A stretch of 37,646 nucleotides of DNA, from positions 1-37,646 of IMG/VR virus record IMGVR_UViG_3300046807_000001, one strand, 5' to 3'. The notes below the pieces were generated by a model. It had not been told where the DNA came from. It saw nothing but the letters and a program-made list of their open reading frames with translations, and ran no database searches. This stretch comes from a virus. Lineage: Duplodnaviria > Caudoviricetes. Both the position numbers and the translations under genes were made by a program. Below, piece by piece: positions 6,587 through 15,222 of the stretch. Numbering within the stretch: the stretch's first letter is position 1; every line of letters starts with the position of its first letter.

Positions 6587-8436
6587 AAAACGACTGGGTG
6601 TATGACACTGAGGAATTTCCAAATGTGTTCACGATTGCGTTTGAACACGCTGAAGCCCCAATCCGACTGATGTTTGAAATCAGCGATTGGCGTAACGACT
6701 CCAAAGAAATCATTGCGTTCCTTCAGTACCTCAAGGACACGAATGCAAGAATGGTGGGATTCAATAACGTAGGATGGGATTACCCTATTTTGCATACGCT
6801 GATCCGCATGGGTCACAGTGATGCCTTCACGCTGTACCAGAAGGCCATGGCCATCATCAACTCGCAAGATGACAGCGACCGATGGATGCACATGGTCAAC
6901 CCGAGTGACCGATTCGTTGAGCAGGTAGACCTGTTCAAGATTCACCACTTCGACAACAAGGCCCGCGCCACCAGCCTCAAGGTGCTCGAGTTCAACATGC
7001 GCTCTGACAACATCGAGGATCTGCCGTTCAAGGTGGGCACCGAGTTGACCGAGGAGCAGGCCGTCAAGCTCAAGCAGTACAACGCGCACGATGTGGCGCA
7101 GACCAAATTGTTTCTTGGGCACACGCTCGACATGATCAAGTTCCGCGAGGAGCTGTGCCGCCTGTATTCAGGCAAGGACTGGATCAACTACAACGACACC
7201 AAGATCGGCAAAGAGTTCTTTGCTATGAAGCTCGAAGAAGCCGGTGTCACGCTGTACGACTTCGGCCCCAATGGGCGCACACCTCGGCAGACCCCGCGCC
7301 CCCAGTTGGCGCTCAAGGATGCCGTCCTGCCTTGGATCACATTCGAGCAGCCCGAGTTCACACGGGTGCTGGGCTGGCTCAAGGACCAAGTGATCACTGA
7401 AACCAAAGGGGTCTTTGATGACGTTGTTGCTCGGGTTGATGGTTTTGAATTTGTGTTTGGCCTTGGTGGCATTCACGGCTCTGTTGAGTCGGAGGTTATT
7501 GAGTCCGATGCTGACCATGTCATTGTTGATCTGGATGTCAGTTCTTACTACCCTAACCTTGCGATCAGCAACCGGTTCTATCCTGCCCATTTAGGTGAGT
7601 CGTTCTGCGACATCTACAAAAATTTGTACGAACAGCGCAAAACCTACGCCAAAAACAGCGCAGAGAACGCCATGCTGAAGCTGGCGCTCAACGGTGTGTA
7701 CGGTGACAGCAACAACCCGTTCAGCGTGTTCTACGACCCGCTGTTCACCATGAGCATCACGCTCAACGGGCAACTGCTGCTGTGCGTGCTGGCCGAAGGG
7801 ATGATGCACATCGACGGGTTGAAGATCATCCAGGTGAACACGGACGGCATGACCGTGCGGGTGCCCCGCGCCAACAAGTGGCTGGTGGACACGGCCCGTG
7901 CTGCATGGGAGTCGCGCACCGGCCTGCAACTGGAGGAGGCGATCTACTCGCACATGTTCATCCGTGATGTGAACAACTACATTGCGCGGTACGAGGATGG
8001 CAAGGTTAAGCGCAAAGGTGCCTACGAATACAAGATGGGCTGGCATCAGAATGCCGGTGGTCTGGTGGTGCCCAAGGTGGCCGAGAAGGTGCTGATTGAT
8101 GGCGCACCGATCCGCGAGACTGTGGAGCAGTGGTCGCACATCATGGACTTCATGCTGCGCACCAAGGTGCCACGGTCGAGCTATCTGGCCATCGAGCACG
8201 ATGGTGTGGCATCACAGCTTCAAAACGTCACGCGCTATTACATCGCCAAGGGTGGTGGGCACTTGTTCAAGTGGATGCCGCCCCTCAAAGCCAAGCCTAA
8301 TGTATGGCGCAAGATTGGCGTGGAGTCTGGCTGGGGTGTTCAGCCCTGCAACGACATTCGAGATGCTGGCAAGTTGCCGGTGGACTTTGACTATTACGTG
8401 AGAGAAGTGGAGAAGCTATGTCTGGGATTGGCGTGA
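6583..8436 (+). CDS. Family B DNA polymerase with 3'-5' exonuclease
   Basis: Exo motifs YDTE, GFNNVGWD, YNAHD; polymerase motifs DLDVSSYYP, KLALNGVYG, NTDG; KRKG. Confidence 0.92.
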   Translation: MKNDWVYDTEEFPNVFTIAFEHAEAPIRLMFEISDWRNDSKEIIAFLQYLKDTNARMVGFNNVGWDYPILHTLIRMGHSDAFTLYQKAMAIINSQDDSDRWMHMVNPSDRFVEQVDLFKIHHFDNKARATSLKVLEFNMRSDNIEDLPFKVGTELTEEQAVKLKQYNAHDVAQTKLFLGHTLDMIKFREELCRLYSGKDWINYNDTKIGKEFFAMKLEEAGVTLYDFGPNGRTPRQTPRPQLALKDAVLPWITFEQPEFTRVLGWLKDQVITETKGVFDDVVARVDGFEFVFGLGGIHGSVESEVIESDADHVIVDLDVSSYYPNLAISNRFYPAHLGESFCDIYKNLYEQRKTYAKNSAENAMLKLALNGVYGDSNNPFSVFYDPLFTMSITLNGQLLLCVLAEGMMHIDGLKIIQVNTDGMTVRVPRANKWLVDTARAAWESRTGLQLEEAIYSHMFIRDVNNYIARYEDGKVKRKGAYEYKMGWHQNAGGLVVPKVAEKVLIDGAPIRETVEQWSHIMDFMLRTKVPRSSYLAIEHDGVASQLQNVTRYYIAKGGGHLFKWMPPLKAKPNVWRKIGVESGWGVQPCNDIRDAGKLPVDFDYYVREVEKLCLGLA

Positions 8437-8657
8437 ACGCATTGGACAAACAGGTCGCTGGCGACCACTACAAGGATCAACCGATCCAGCCAGTCGAGTA
8501 TATCTACGCCAACGCGATTGGCTATTTCGAGGGTAACGTGATCAAGTACGTTTCCCGATGGCGCAAAAAGAACGGCATCGCTGATTTGGAAAAGGCCAAG
8601 CACTACATCGAATTGTTGATTGAACTGGAGACACGTAATGCTGGAAAAGGACATTGA
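8418..8657 (+). CDS. DUF3310 family protein (putative nucleotide kinase)
   Basis: QVAGDHY, EGNVIKYVSRW..KNG..DLEKAKHY. Confidence 0.88.
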   Translation: MSGIGVNALDKQVAGDHYKDQPIQPVEYIYANAIGYFEGNVIKYVSRWRKKNGIADLEKAKHYIELLIELETRNAGKGH

Positions 8658-8922
8658 AAAAAAGGTCTGCGACTACGCCAAGACCAAGGGTGTGCTGGCG
8701 TACAAGTTCACAAGCCCTGCCCGTGCCGCTGTGCCTGATCGTCTGTTCATTGGACCCGATGGGCGTATGTGGTTCTGCGAGTTCAAGCGCGAGGGTCAGG
8801 TGCCCACGCCAGCGCAGTACAGAGAGCACGACAAGCTGCGTCAGCAAATGGTCAATGTGTTTGTGATTGACAACGTGATCGAGGGTAAATTGATGATTGA
8901 TGTAATGGTGATGGGATGCTAA
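8638..8922 (+). CDS. VRR-NUC domain nuclease
   Basis: EKDIE, KFTSP...VPDR, FCEFK, TPAQ; ATG 8638 with SD GGAG. Confidence 0.9.
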   Translation: MLEKDIEKKVCDYAKTKGVLAYKFTSPARAAVPDRLFIGPDGRMWFCEFKREGQVPTPAQYREHDKLRQQMVNVFVIDNVIEGKLMIDVMVMGC

Positions 8923-9509
8923 AAGTTCTTGTTGCATGCGAATACAGCGGCAAGGTGCGCGATGCGTTTACCCGTATGGGTCACTTTGCAATGTCGTGCG
9001 ACCTATTGCCGACTGATGCACCAGGTCTGCATTATCAAGGTGATGTGACCGACATTCTTAACCAAGGGTGGGACATTATGATTGCTCACCCACCTTGCAC
9101 ATATTTGTCCGTGTCTGGGATGCACTGGACCACTCGTGGTTTGCGCGATCCTCAATTAACAGAAGACGCACTCGATTTTGTTCGATTGCTGATGGACGCA
9201 CCAGTGCCACGGATTGCAATCGAGAACCCGATCAGCGTGATCTCCAGCCGCATTCGTAAACCTGACCAAATCATTCAGCCGTGGTGGTTCGGTCATGACG
9301 CCAGCAAAAAGACATGTCTGTGGCTCAAGAATCTGCCATTGCTGACACCAACAAACAAAATGCAAGGTGATGACAAAACGCGCCGTGGTAATCAAACAGC
9401 GAGTGGTCAAAACAAACTGCCACCGTCAAAAGACCGATGGAAGATTCGCAGTGAGACATACCAAGGAATTGCCGATGCAATGGCCGCACAGTGGGGTGGA
9501 TCATGCTAA
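8916..9509 (+). CDS. Short phage DNA cytosine methyltransferase-like protein
   Basis: VLVACEYSG, SCDLLP, catalytic-type HPPC, IENP, KKTCLWL. Confidence 0.8.
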   Translation: MLKVLVACEYSGKVRDAFTRMGHFAMSCDLLPTDAPGLHYQGDVTDILNQGWDIMIAHPPCTYLSVSGMHWTTRGLRDPQLTEDALDFVRLLMDAPVPRIAIENPISVISSRIRKPDQIIQPWWFGHDASKKTCLWLKNLPLLTPTNKMQGDDKTRRGNQTASGQNKLPPSKDRWKIRSETYQGIADAMAAQWGGSC

Positions 9510-10909
9510 CCCCTGACCTGCTCCACGGCTACCAGCAAAAAGCTGTCAACTTCCAATGCACCCACCCCAACTCGATGCTGTGGCTCGACATGGGGCTGGG
9601 CAAGACCGTGATCACGTTGACCAGCGTGGCCCATCTGATCAAGACCCAGTTCCTGCGCGGCGTGATCATCGTGGCCCCGATCCGAGTCATCCGCCTGGTG
9701 TGGCGTCAAGAGGCTGCGAAGTGGGAGCACACTAAGCACCTGCGGTTCAGCATGGTCACGGGCACCAAGGATCAGCGCACCCGCGCTTTGCTGCGCCCTG
9801 CTGACGTGTACATGATCAACTACGAGAACTTGGGCTGGCTGGCCGAAACTCTCCAGACCTACTTCGTCAAGAAGGACAAGCCCATGCCGTTCAACGGTGT
9901 GGTCTGGGACGAGATCAGCAAGTGCAAAAACTCAGCGACCAACAGGGTCAAAGCGGTCAAGAAAATCTTGGACCAGTTCGACTGGACCACGGGCCTCACT
10001 GGCACCCCTGCGTCCAACGGCTACAAAGACCTGCATGGCCAGTTCCTCGTGGTTGACAAGGGTCAGCGACTGGGCACCAGCAAGACCCAGTTCAAAACAC
10101 GGTTTTATCGCAAGGTGGGTCCGTACAAGGAGTTACCTTACGACGACACCGAGGACACCATCAAAAAGCTGATCGGTGACATCACGCTTGAGATGAGCGC
10201 AGAGGACTACAACCCGCTGCCAGACCTCATGGTCAACAACATCGAAATCGAGATGCCCGACGATCTGCGGGCCAAGTACGAGAAGATGGAAAAAGAATTC
10301 TTCATCCAACTCGACAGTGGCACCACGGTTGAAGCGTTCAATCAGGCATCGCTGACCAACAAGTGCCTCCAGTTCTCCAACGGTGCCATGTACCCGATCC
10401 CCGGTATGCCTCTGTGGGAACCAGTGCATGACCTGAAGCTGCAAGCCCTTGAGGACATCATTGATGAGGCCAACGGCTCACCGATCCTGTGCGCCTATGC
10501 CTATCGGTCAGACGCTGCGCGGATCATGGAGAAGTTCAAGCACCTTGACCCGATCAACTTGACCGAGTGCAAGAGCGAGGTGTCGCTGACCAACGCCATG
10601 CATCGGTGGAAGACGGGTGACTGCCAATTGATGATCGGCCACCCCGCATCGATGGGTCACGGGATCGACGGCCTGCAAAAGAATGGCCACATCCTCGTGT
10701 GGTATGGCCTCAACTGGTCGCTGGACCTGTACGAGCAGTTTAACGCCCGTGTGCGCCGCCAAGGTCAAGGGGTGCCGGTGATCTGTCACCGCATCATGTG
10801 CCAGGCTACGCTGGATCAGGCGCAAGCACTGGCACTGGATGACAAGGCCACCACACAGGCTGGATTGCGAAACGCCATCAAAGAATACCGCATTTCCAAA
10901 AATGTGTGA
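9503..10909 (+). CDS. SNF2-like superfamily 2 helicase
   Basis: DMGLGKT, WDEIS, GLTGTP, GHGIDGLQ, QFNARVRRQGQ. Confidence 0.93.
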   Translation: MLTPDLLHGYQQKAVNFQCTHPNSMLWLDMGLGKTVITLTSVAHLIKTQFLRGVIIVAPIRVIRLVWRQEAAKWEHTKHLRFSMVTGTKDQRTRALLRPADVYMINYENLGWLAETLQTYFVKKDKPMPFNGVVWDEISKCKNSATNRVKAVKKILDQFDWTTGLTGTPASNGYKDLHGQFLVVDKGQRLGTSKTQFKTRFYRKVGPYKELPYDDTEDTIKKLIGDITLEMSAEDYNPLPDLMVNNIEIEMPDDLRAKYEKMEKEFFIQLDSGTTVEAFNQASLTNKCLQFSNGAMYPIPGMPLWEPVHDLKLQALEDIIDEANGSPILCAYAYRSDAARIMEKFKHLDPINLTECKSEVSLTNAMHRWKTGDCQLMIGHPASMGHGIDGLQKNGHILVWYGLNWSLDLYEQFNARVRRQGQGVPVICHRIMCQATLDQAQALALDDKATTQAGLRNAIKEYRISKNV

Positions 10910-10922
10910 TACACTGTGTAAC
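10905..10922 (+). promoter_or_regulatory. Putative promoter/operator sharing TGTGATACACT with 3342-3352
   Basis: Exact 11-nt match containing TGnTACACT, located before SD AAGGAG. Confidence 0.55.
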
Positions 10923-10940
10923 ACCAACTAAGGAGTAACT

Positions 10941-11129
10941 GTGATGATTGAACAACTGAAGAAATTATGGGCGACGCCCAGTGCCGAGATGCTGGCCATC
11001 CGTGAGCTGGAGGACGCCAAGCGCAAGCTACTCGAGGCCCAGACCAGCCGTGAGTACGCCGACTCGATGGTCAAGTTCCGTGAGCAGCAGATCAAACGAC
11101 TGACAATGTATCTGAAGGGCATGGAATGA
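10941..11129 (+). CDS. Hypothetical small coiled-coil protein
   Basis: 62 aa; SD AAGGAG; ATGA overlap with the next gene. Confidence 0.75.
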   Translation: MMIEQLKKLWATPSAEMLAIRELEDAKRKLLEAQTSREYADSMVKFREQQIKRLTMYLKGME

Positions 11130-11353
11130 AGATCGTTGTGTACACCAAGAGCAACTGCCCCAACTGCACGAGCGCCAAGCAACTGCTCAAGTCCAAAAAC
11201 CTTGAGTACAAAGAAATTTGCTTGGACAACGAGGCCGAGCGTGCTGCGTTCACGGTCATGTTTCCAGACCTGCGTCAGATGCCTCAAATTTTCATCAACA
11301 GCCAGCGTGTCGGTGGATTCGCTGGACTTCAAGCAGCATTGGAAAAATCATGA
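11126..11353 (+). CDS. Glutaredoxin
   Basis: YTKSNCPNC, AKQLL, MPQIFI, VGGF. Confidence 0.92.
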   Translation: MKIVVYTKSNCPNCTSAKQLLKSKNLEYKEICLDNEAERAAFTVMFPDLRQMPQIFINSQRVGGFAGLQAALEKS

Positions 11354-11505
11354 CCAAATCACAAAGACTATTCGAAGCCATCATGCGCGTGAAGGGTCAC
11401 AGCGACTTCAGAATGAGCGCCACCGGCAAATACCTCAACCCTTCACTGCAACAGCGGTGGGCCTACTTTGCCATGGGTTGGGAAATGAAGGAAGCAACAG
11501 CATGA
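11350..11505 (+). CDS. 51-aa hypothetical protein, paralogue of 37382-37537
   Basis: ATGA overlaps at both ends; about 89% nt identity to the second copy. Confidence 0.8.
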   Translation: MTKSQRLFEAIMRVKGHSDFRMSATGKYLNPSLQQRWAYFAMGWEMKEATA

Positions 11506-11951
11506 AATCAAATTTCCAACGTACTGCCGAGTGGCTTAAAGCCTGTGGTAAAAAACCAACACCTGAGAACCTGAGCGTCCAGATCGGGTGCGACATCGAA
11601 GAATACTGCGAGTTCCTGAAAACCTTGCGCACTGACAGCGAAGGGTACGCCAAGCTACTCGAGCGCACCCGCATCGACCTCGAGTGGTTTGCCAGCAAGC
11701 TCAAGCGCCGTGAGCAATCGGTCTACATCCCGACCCATTTGCGCACCGATGCACTGGATGCCCGATGCGATATTCAGGTTACTGGTGACGGTGTGTCGTA
11801 CCTGGCTGGGTTCGGCAAAGACGCCGCAGACCAAGTGGTGCTGGACAGCAATGACGCCAAGCTGGTGGACGGCAAGCCGGTGATCCTCGATGGTGGCAAG
11901 ATCGGCAAGCCCGAGGGGTGGAAAGCACCAAACCTGAAAGGGTTTGTGTGA
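11502..11951 (+). CDS. MazG-like / PRA-PH-like NTP pyrophosphohydrolase
   Basis: IEEYCE, DALDA.CD, SNDAK, GKIGKPEGW..P.L; start at ATGA overlap 11502. Confidence 0.8.
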   Translation: MKSNFQRTAEWLKACGKKPTPENLSVQIGCDIEEYCEFLKTLRTDSEGYAKLLERTRIDLEWFASKLKRREQSVYIPTHLRTDALDARCDIQVTGDGVSYLAGFGKDAADQVVLDSNDAKLVDGKPVILDGGKIGKPEGWKAPNLKGFV

Positions 11952-12205
11952 GCAAATCGCGACACCCTGAGATTCGTGCGTTGTTGCGTGAACATGAGGA
12001 CGGAATGACCGTAGACGAGCTGGCGCTGATCTTGCGTGTTGATATGTCAAACGCTGTGCGCACCGCCCTCAAACAGATGCCAGACGCTTACATTGATCGC
12101 TGGCGAAAGGCTGCGCTAGGACCATGGACCGCAGTGTGGTGCGTTGTCGTGCCACCGGAAAATTGCCCCAAACCCTCGGATGAACAAGATGACCAACTGC
12201 TGTAA
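11948..12205 (+). CDS. Putative winged-HTH DNA-binding protein
   Basis: GTGA overlap start; IRALL...GMTVDELA..L. Confidence 0.65.
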   Translation: MSKSRHPEIRALLREHEDGMTVDELALILRVDMSNAVRTALKQMPDAYIDRWRKAALGPWTAVWCVVVPPENCPKPSDEQDDQLL

Positions 12206-12497
12206 CGGAAACTGCAATCAGGGTCGGGACTGTCCAGTCCGTGTGGCAACATCCCGTCCGGTGATGCGTGCCGCTGATCCACTACCACCGTCCGTGTGGC
12301 GGGTGTACTTGCGCCACTTGGCCAAGTGGATGCTACTGAGCATCTTTGGCCTGCTGTGGTTAGGTTTTATATTGGCGTTTGCCGCTTCTATCGATGATCA
12401 GCGCTTGCCTGCGCACCGGTGTGTCAACTGTGCTCGCCACGCTGATGTGGGTCCAACGGTCAAACTCGCGGATGATCTGGTCAAACCGAATCGATGA
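12180..12497 (+). CDS. Hypothetical Cys-motif membrane protein; 3' end overlaps the endolysin antisense
   Basis: CCNGNCNQGRDCP motif and a hydrophobic segment; start could be 12180 or 12189. Confidence 0.55.
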   Translation: MNKMTNCCNGNCNQGRDCPVRVATSRPVMRAADPLPPSVWRVYLRHLAKWMLLSIFGLLWLGFILAFAASIDDQRLPAHRCVNCARHADVGPTVKLADDLVKPNR

Positions 12498-12791
12498 GAT
12501 CATGATTGCCCGCACCACTTGGTCGGGCGTCATGCCTGGCACACGGATGTCAGCAGCGCACCCGAGGCGGTGCTGGCTGGTATCTTTGGACCCCACGGCA
12601 TCATTGACCTGCTTGGATCGAAATGCGCTGTTGATCATGATGGGTTTACCACCCAGCACCACTTTCACTTGCTCCAACAGATCGGCCAATCGTTTCAGGT
12701 TGGCCAGCTCCACCTCGTTCGGCGTGTTGTCGAACTTGCGGTGATCCGTGTGAGTCAGCTCATCGTAAGTAAAGTGAGGCGTGATGTTCAT
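12360..12791 (-). CDS. Endolysin, peptidase M15A family
   Basis: PHFT..EL, INSAFRS, SQH.LG.AADI, WTHIS zinc-peptidase motifs. Confidence 0.9.
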   Translation of the reverse strand: MNITPHFTYDELTHTDHRKFDNTPNEVELANLKRLADLLEQVKVVLGGKPIMINSAFRSKQVNDAVGSKDTSQHRLGCAADIRVPGMTPDQVVRAIMISSIRFDQIIREFDRWTHISVASTVDTPVRRQALIIDRSGKRQYKT

Positions 12792-12955
12792 TTGTCAGGT
12801 GTTGCAACACCAAGGGCACCAGCGATGCCCAGACCCACGATGATGATGGCGTCTGCCATCTCAGGGGCCACGGGGATGCCGATGGCGGTCAGCAAAAGGA
12901 ACAGGCCACGCCAGCTCGATGGCTCTTTGGCGCGTGCAATGAGATAGTCTTTCAT
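12788..12955 (-). CDS. Putative holin (55 aa; not in the ORF track)
   Basis: MKDYLIARAKEPSSWRGLFLLLTAIGIPVAPEMADAIIIVGLGIAGALGVATPDK; two hydrophobic segments; ATGA overlap with the endolysin. Confidence 0.75.
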   Translation of the reverse strand: MKDYLIARAKEPSSWRGLFLLLTAIGIPVAPEMADAIIIVGLGIAGALGVATPDK

Positions 12956-12962
12956 GTCATTC

Positions 12963-13145
12963 TCACTTTGGAAGATGGGTAATCGATGCCCAAATCACAC
13001 CCGACATGGCCAACAGCATGACACCGCTGGCTTTCATCAAGATGCCCTCAAGGCGCTTGAGACGTGAATTGATCTGTTCGTAGCGTTCAGCACAAACTGC
13101 CTCATGTGAGTTCAATCGAGCTTCTGTTTCAGGGATGTTGGCCAT
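12963..13145 (-). CDS. Small lysis-module membrane protein (coiled coil plus C-terminal TM)
   Basis: HEAVCAERY..I..RLKRLE then a hydrophobic helix. Confidence 0.7.
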   Translation of the reverse strand: MANIPETEARLNSHEAVCAERYEQINSRLKRLEGILMKASGVMLLAMSGVIWASITHLPK

Positions 13146-15220
13146 TACTTCACCAATGCGTTTTGGATTTCTTCGTCTGGAGCTAAAGCATTTTTAGCAC
13201 CTGTGACAGCGGCAGCACCTGCGCCAGGTTTCCACTGTTGCGGGTTGGACAATATTTTAACCACGCGACTGCGCTCATTGGCGGGCAATGTTTCCAACAA
13301 ATTGGCTGCGCCTTGCGGTGTTTTCATGGCCTCAGTCAACTGAGTCATGGTTTTTGTGCCAAGACGTTGCTCCAACTCGCTCAAAGTCTTGTTACCCGCA
13401 GAAGCCCAAAAGCTCAGAAACGAAGGGAACCGGAAGCGCGACGTCTCTTGCTTGAGCAGCTGCGACAACGCCGCACCACCTTCGCCAACTTGCTCCTTGA
13501 TAGAAAGTTCGGTCAAGCGTTTTTCGGCTTGCTTTTGCAAAACGGACATGGTGCTGTCGGCCAGTTCCGTGGCAATGTTGTAGTTGCCAGGACCGAGGAA
13601 CTTTTCCACAACGTCGGGCGATTCGTTTTGCACCAGACGCACAAATGCGTCTTTGTCCGATTTCCACAACCGCGCAGCTTCGCCGGTCAACTTTTGCTCG
13701 TTCAAGCGTTGCATGCCTTTGGCGTGCGTTGACAAATAATCTTTCCAACCTGCACCGCCTGCGCCTTCAATGGCTTCATCGATCATTGGTTTGATCTTGG
13801 ACATTACGCCAGCAGCCAAATTACGTTGCGCGGTTGCGTCCACGCCAGGACGCAGTTGAGCGATCGCGGCGTTGACCGAGTTTTTACGAATGGCCTCAAG
13901 TGCTTTTGCGTCAATGACGCCGCCATTGTTAGTCCACTTGGCGATGTCGTCAGCCACGTTCTTAACTGCGCCCGCCAAAACATCGTTGCCCGCAAATTCG
14001 GGTTTGTTAGCCAAGGTCGAAATAGATTGCGTCAGTTTCTGACCTTCCAGTGGCTTGATGCCAACCGATCGCAACGCGTTTGCTGCGCTTTGTGCAAACT
14101 GAGCACCTTGACCCAAGTCAAGTGAAGCGTTAGCGGCCTGAGACGCCCACTCATCGGACATCTGCGCCAGCTTGCCAGGATACGTGAATGTCGCAGCCCA
14201 TTTATCGGAAAAACCGGCTTGCGATTTGGCAGGTGCAGCGGCAGAACTTGCAGGCAGTCCGGCTTTGATGGTCTGCAACCGCGCAGCAGCTGCGGCGTGA
14301 TCGCCCAAATCAATTAAGCGGCGAACTTCCTGAACTTTTGCGGCTGCTTCGCCGCTAAGTTTTCCGGCCTGCGCTTCGTATTCAGCAACCGCTTTGCCCA
14401 AATTAGCGCGAGTAAGTGCAGTGTCTCGCATAGGGCCAGTCAGCGCGTTTAACGTGTCTTTGGCGGTTTCACCAGCCGCACGAATATCGGTGGCCGTTGT
14501 ACCACCTGCCAACTGGGCCAAAGCGTTGCGCGACTCGCGCTCACTCAACAATTGTGCTTTACGAACAAACTGAGGATCTTTTTCAAGGGCGTTTTTGACC
14601 AACGCTTGCCATGCGGGGTTTTCGATTCCGGCTGTCAATTCGGCAACGCTTGCGTTTGCTGGCGCGTTGCGCAATGTGTTCAGCACAGCAGGCAGGTCTG
14701 CCCCCATTGCTTTTTGAGCAATTGCGGCGGCTTTTTGTTTGGGAAGTTGACGGATGTCCATCAGCTTACCGCCCACGTACCCAAGCGCTTGACCGGCAAC
14801 CTTGCCGCCCGCTTCCATCGTAGCGCCTTCCAGAACATCTTTGGCGCCTGTAGCCAACGCTTCGCCTGCGGATTGCGGGCCTTGCTCATAGCCAAGCGCT
14901 GTCTTAATAGTACGCAGACCACCTTTAGCCAAACCGTAACCCAAACCTGCACCGCCCACTACACCGGCAGGGCCAAGAGGTGCGCCCAGCAAACCACCGC
15001 CTGCGGCACCCAGCATTTCTACTGTGGGCTCGACAACACCCATCACCTTTTGACCAAATGATGGTGCAGCAGGCGCAGGCGCGGCGGACGTAGGCATAGC
15101 GGCAGGCGCAGGCGCTGATCTCATGCGTCGAATCTCATCAGCAAAGGCTTTGGCGTCGGCGGCGTTGCCAGCCGCATCGGCCTTGATCAACGCTGCGCTG
15201 AGTTGTTCGAGTGTGGCCAT
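13145..15220 (-). CDS. Large DNA ejection / internal virion protein (P22 gp16 position)
   Basis: 691 aa, Ala/Gly-rich helical, glycine-zipper segment; synteny. Confidence 0.7.
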   Translation of the reverse strand: MATLEQLSAALIKADAAGNAADAKAFADEIRRMRSAPAPAAMPTSAAPAPAAPSFGQKVMGVVEPTVEMLGAAGGGLLGAPLGPAGVVGGAGLGYGLAKGGLRTIKTALGYEQGPQSAGEALATGAKDVLEGATMEAGGKVAGQALGYVGGKLMDIRQLPKQKAAAIAQKAMGADLPAVLNTLRNAPANASVAELTAGIENPAWQALVKNALEKDPQFVRKAQLLSERESRNALAQLAGGTTATDIRAAGETAKDTLNALTGPMRDTALTRANLGKAVAEYEAQAGKLSGEAAAKVQEVRRLIDLGDHAAAAARLQTIKAGLPASSAAAPAKSQAGFSDKWAATFTYPGKLAQMSDEWASQAANASLDLGQGAQFAQSAANALRSVGIKPLEGQKLTQSISTLANKPEFAGNDVLAGAVKNVADDIAKWTNNGGVIDAKALEAIRKNSVNAAIAQLRPGVDATAQRNLAAGVMSKIKPMIDEAIEGAGGAGWKDYLSTHAKGMQRLNEQKLTGEAARLWKSDKDAFVRLVQNESPDVVEKFLGPGNYNIATELADSTMSVLQKQAEKRLTELSIKEQVGEGGAALSQLLKQETSRFRFPSFLSFWASAGNKTLSELEQRLGTKTMTQLTEAMKTPQGAANLLETLPANERSRVVKILSNPQQWKPGAGAAAVTGAKNALAPDEEIQNALVK

Positions 15221-15222
15221 GA

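Noticed and set aside
11136-11501. 271-aa ORF suggesting an N-terminally extended MazG-like protein
   Set aside because: The extension overlaps glutaredoxin and the 51-aa gene in another frame; the real start is at the ATGA overlap at 11502
11350-11505. Repeat pair with 37382-37537 as DGR template/variable repeats
   Set aside because: Mismatches are not adenine-specific (G/C, C/G, T/C occur) and no reverse transcriptase is present
12955-12960. Lambda-S-type dual-start holin
   Set aside because: The upstream ATG at 12960 is out of frame with ATG 12955
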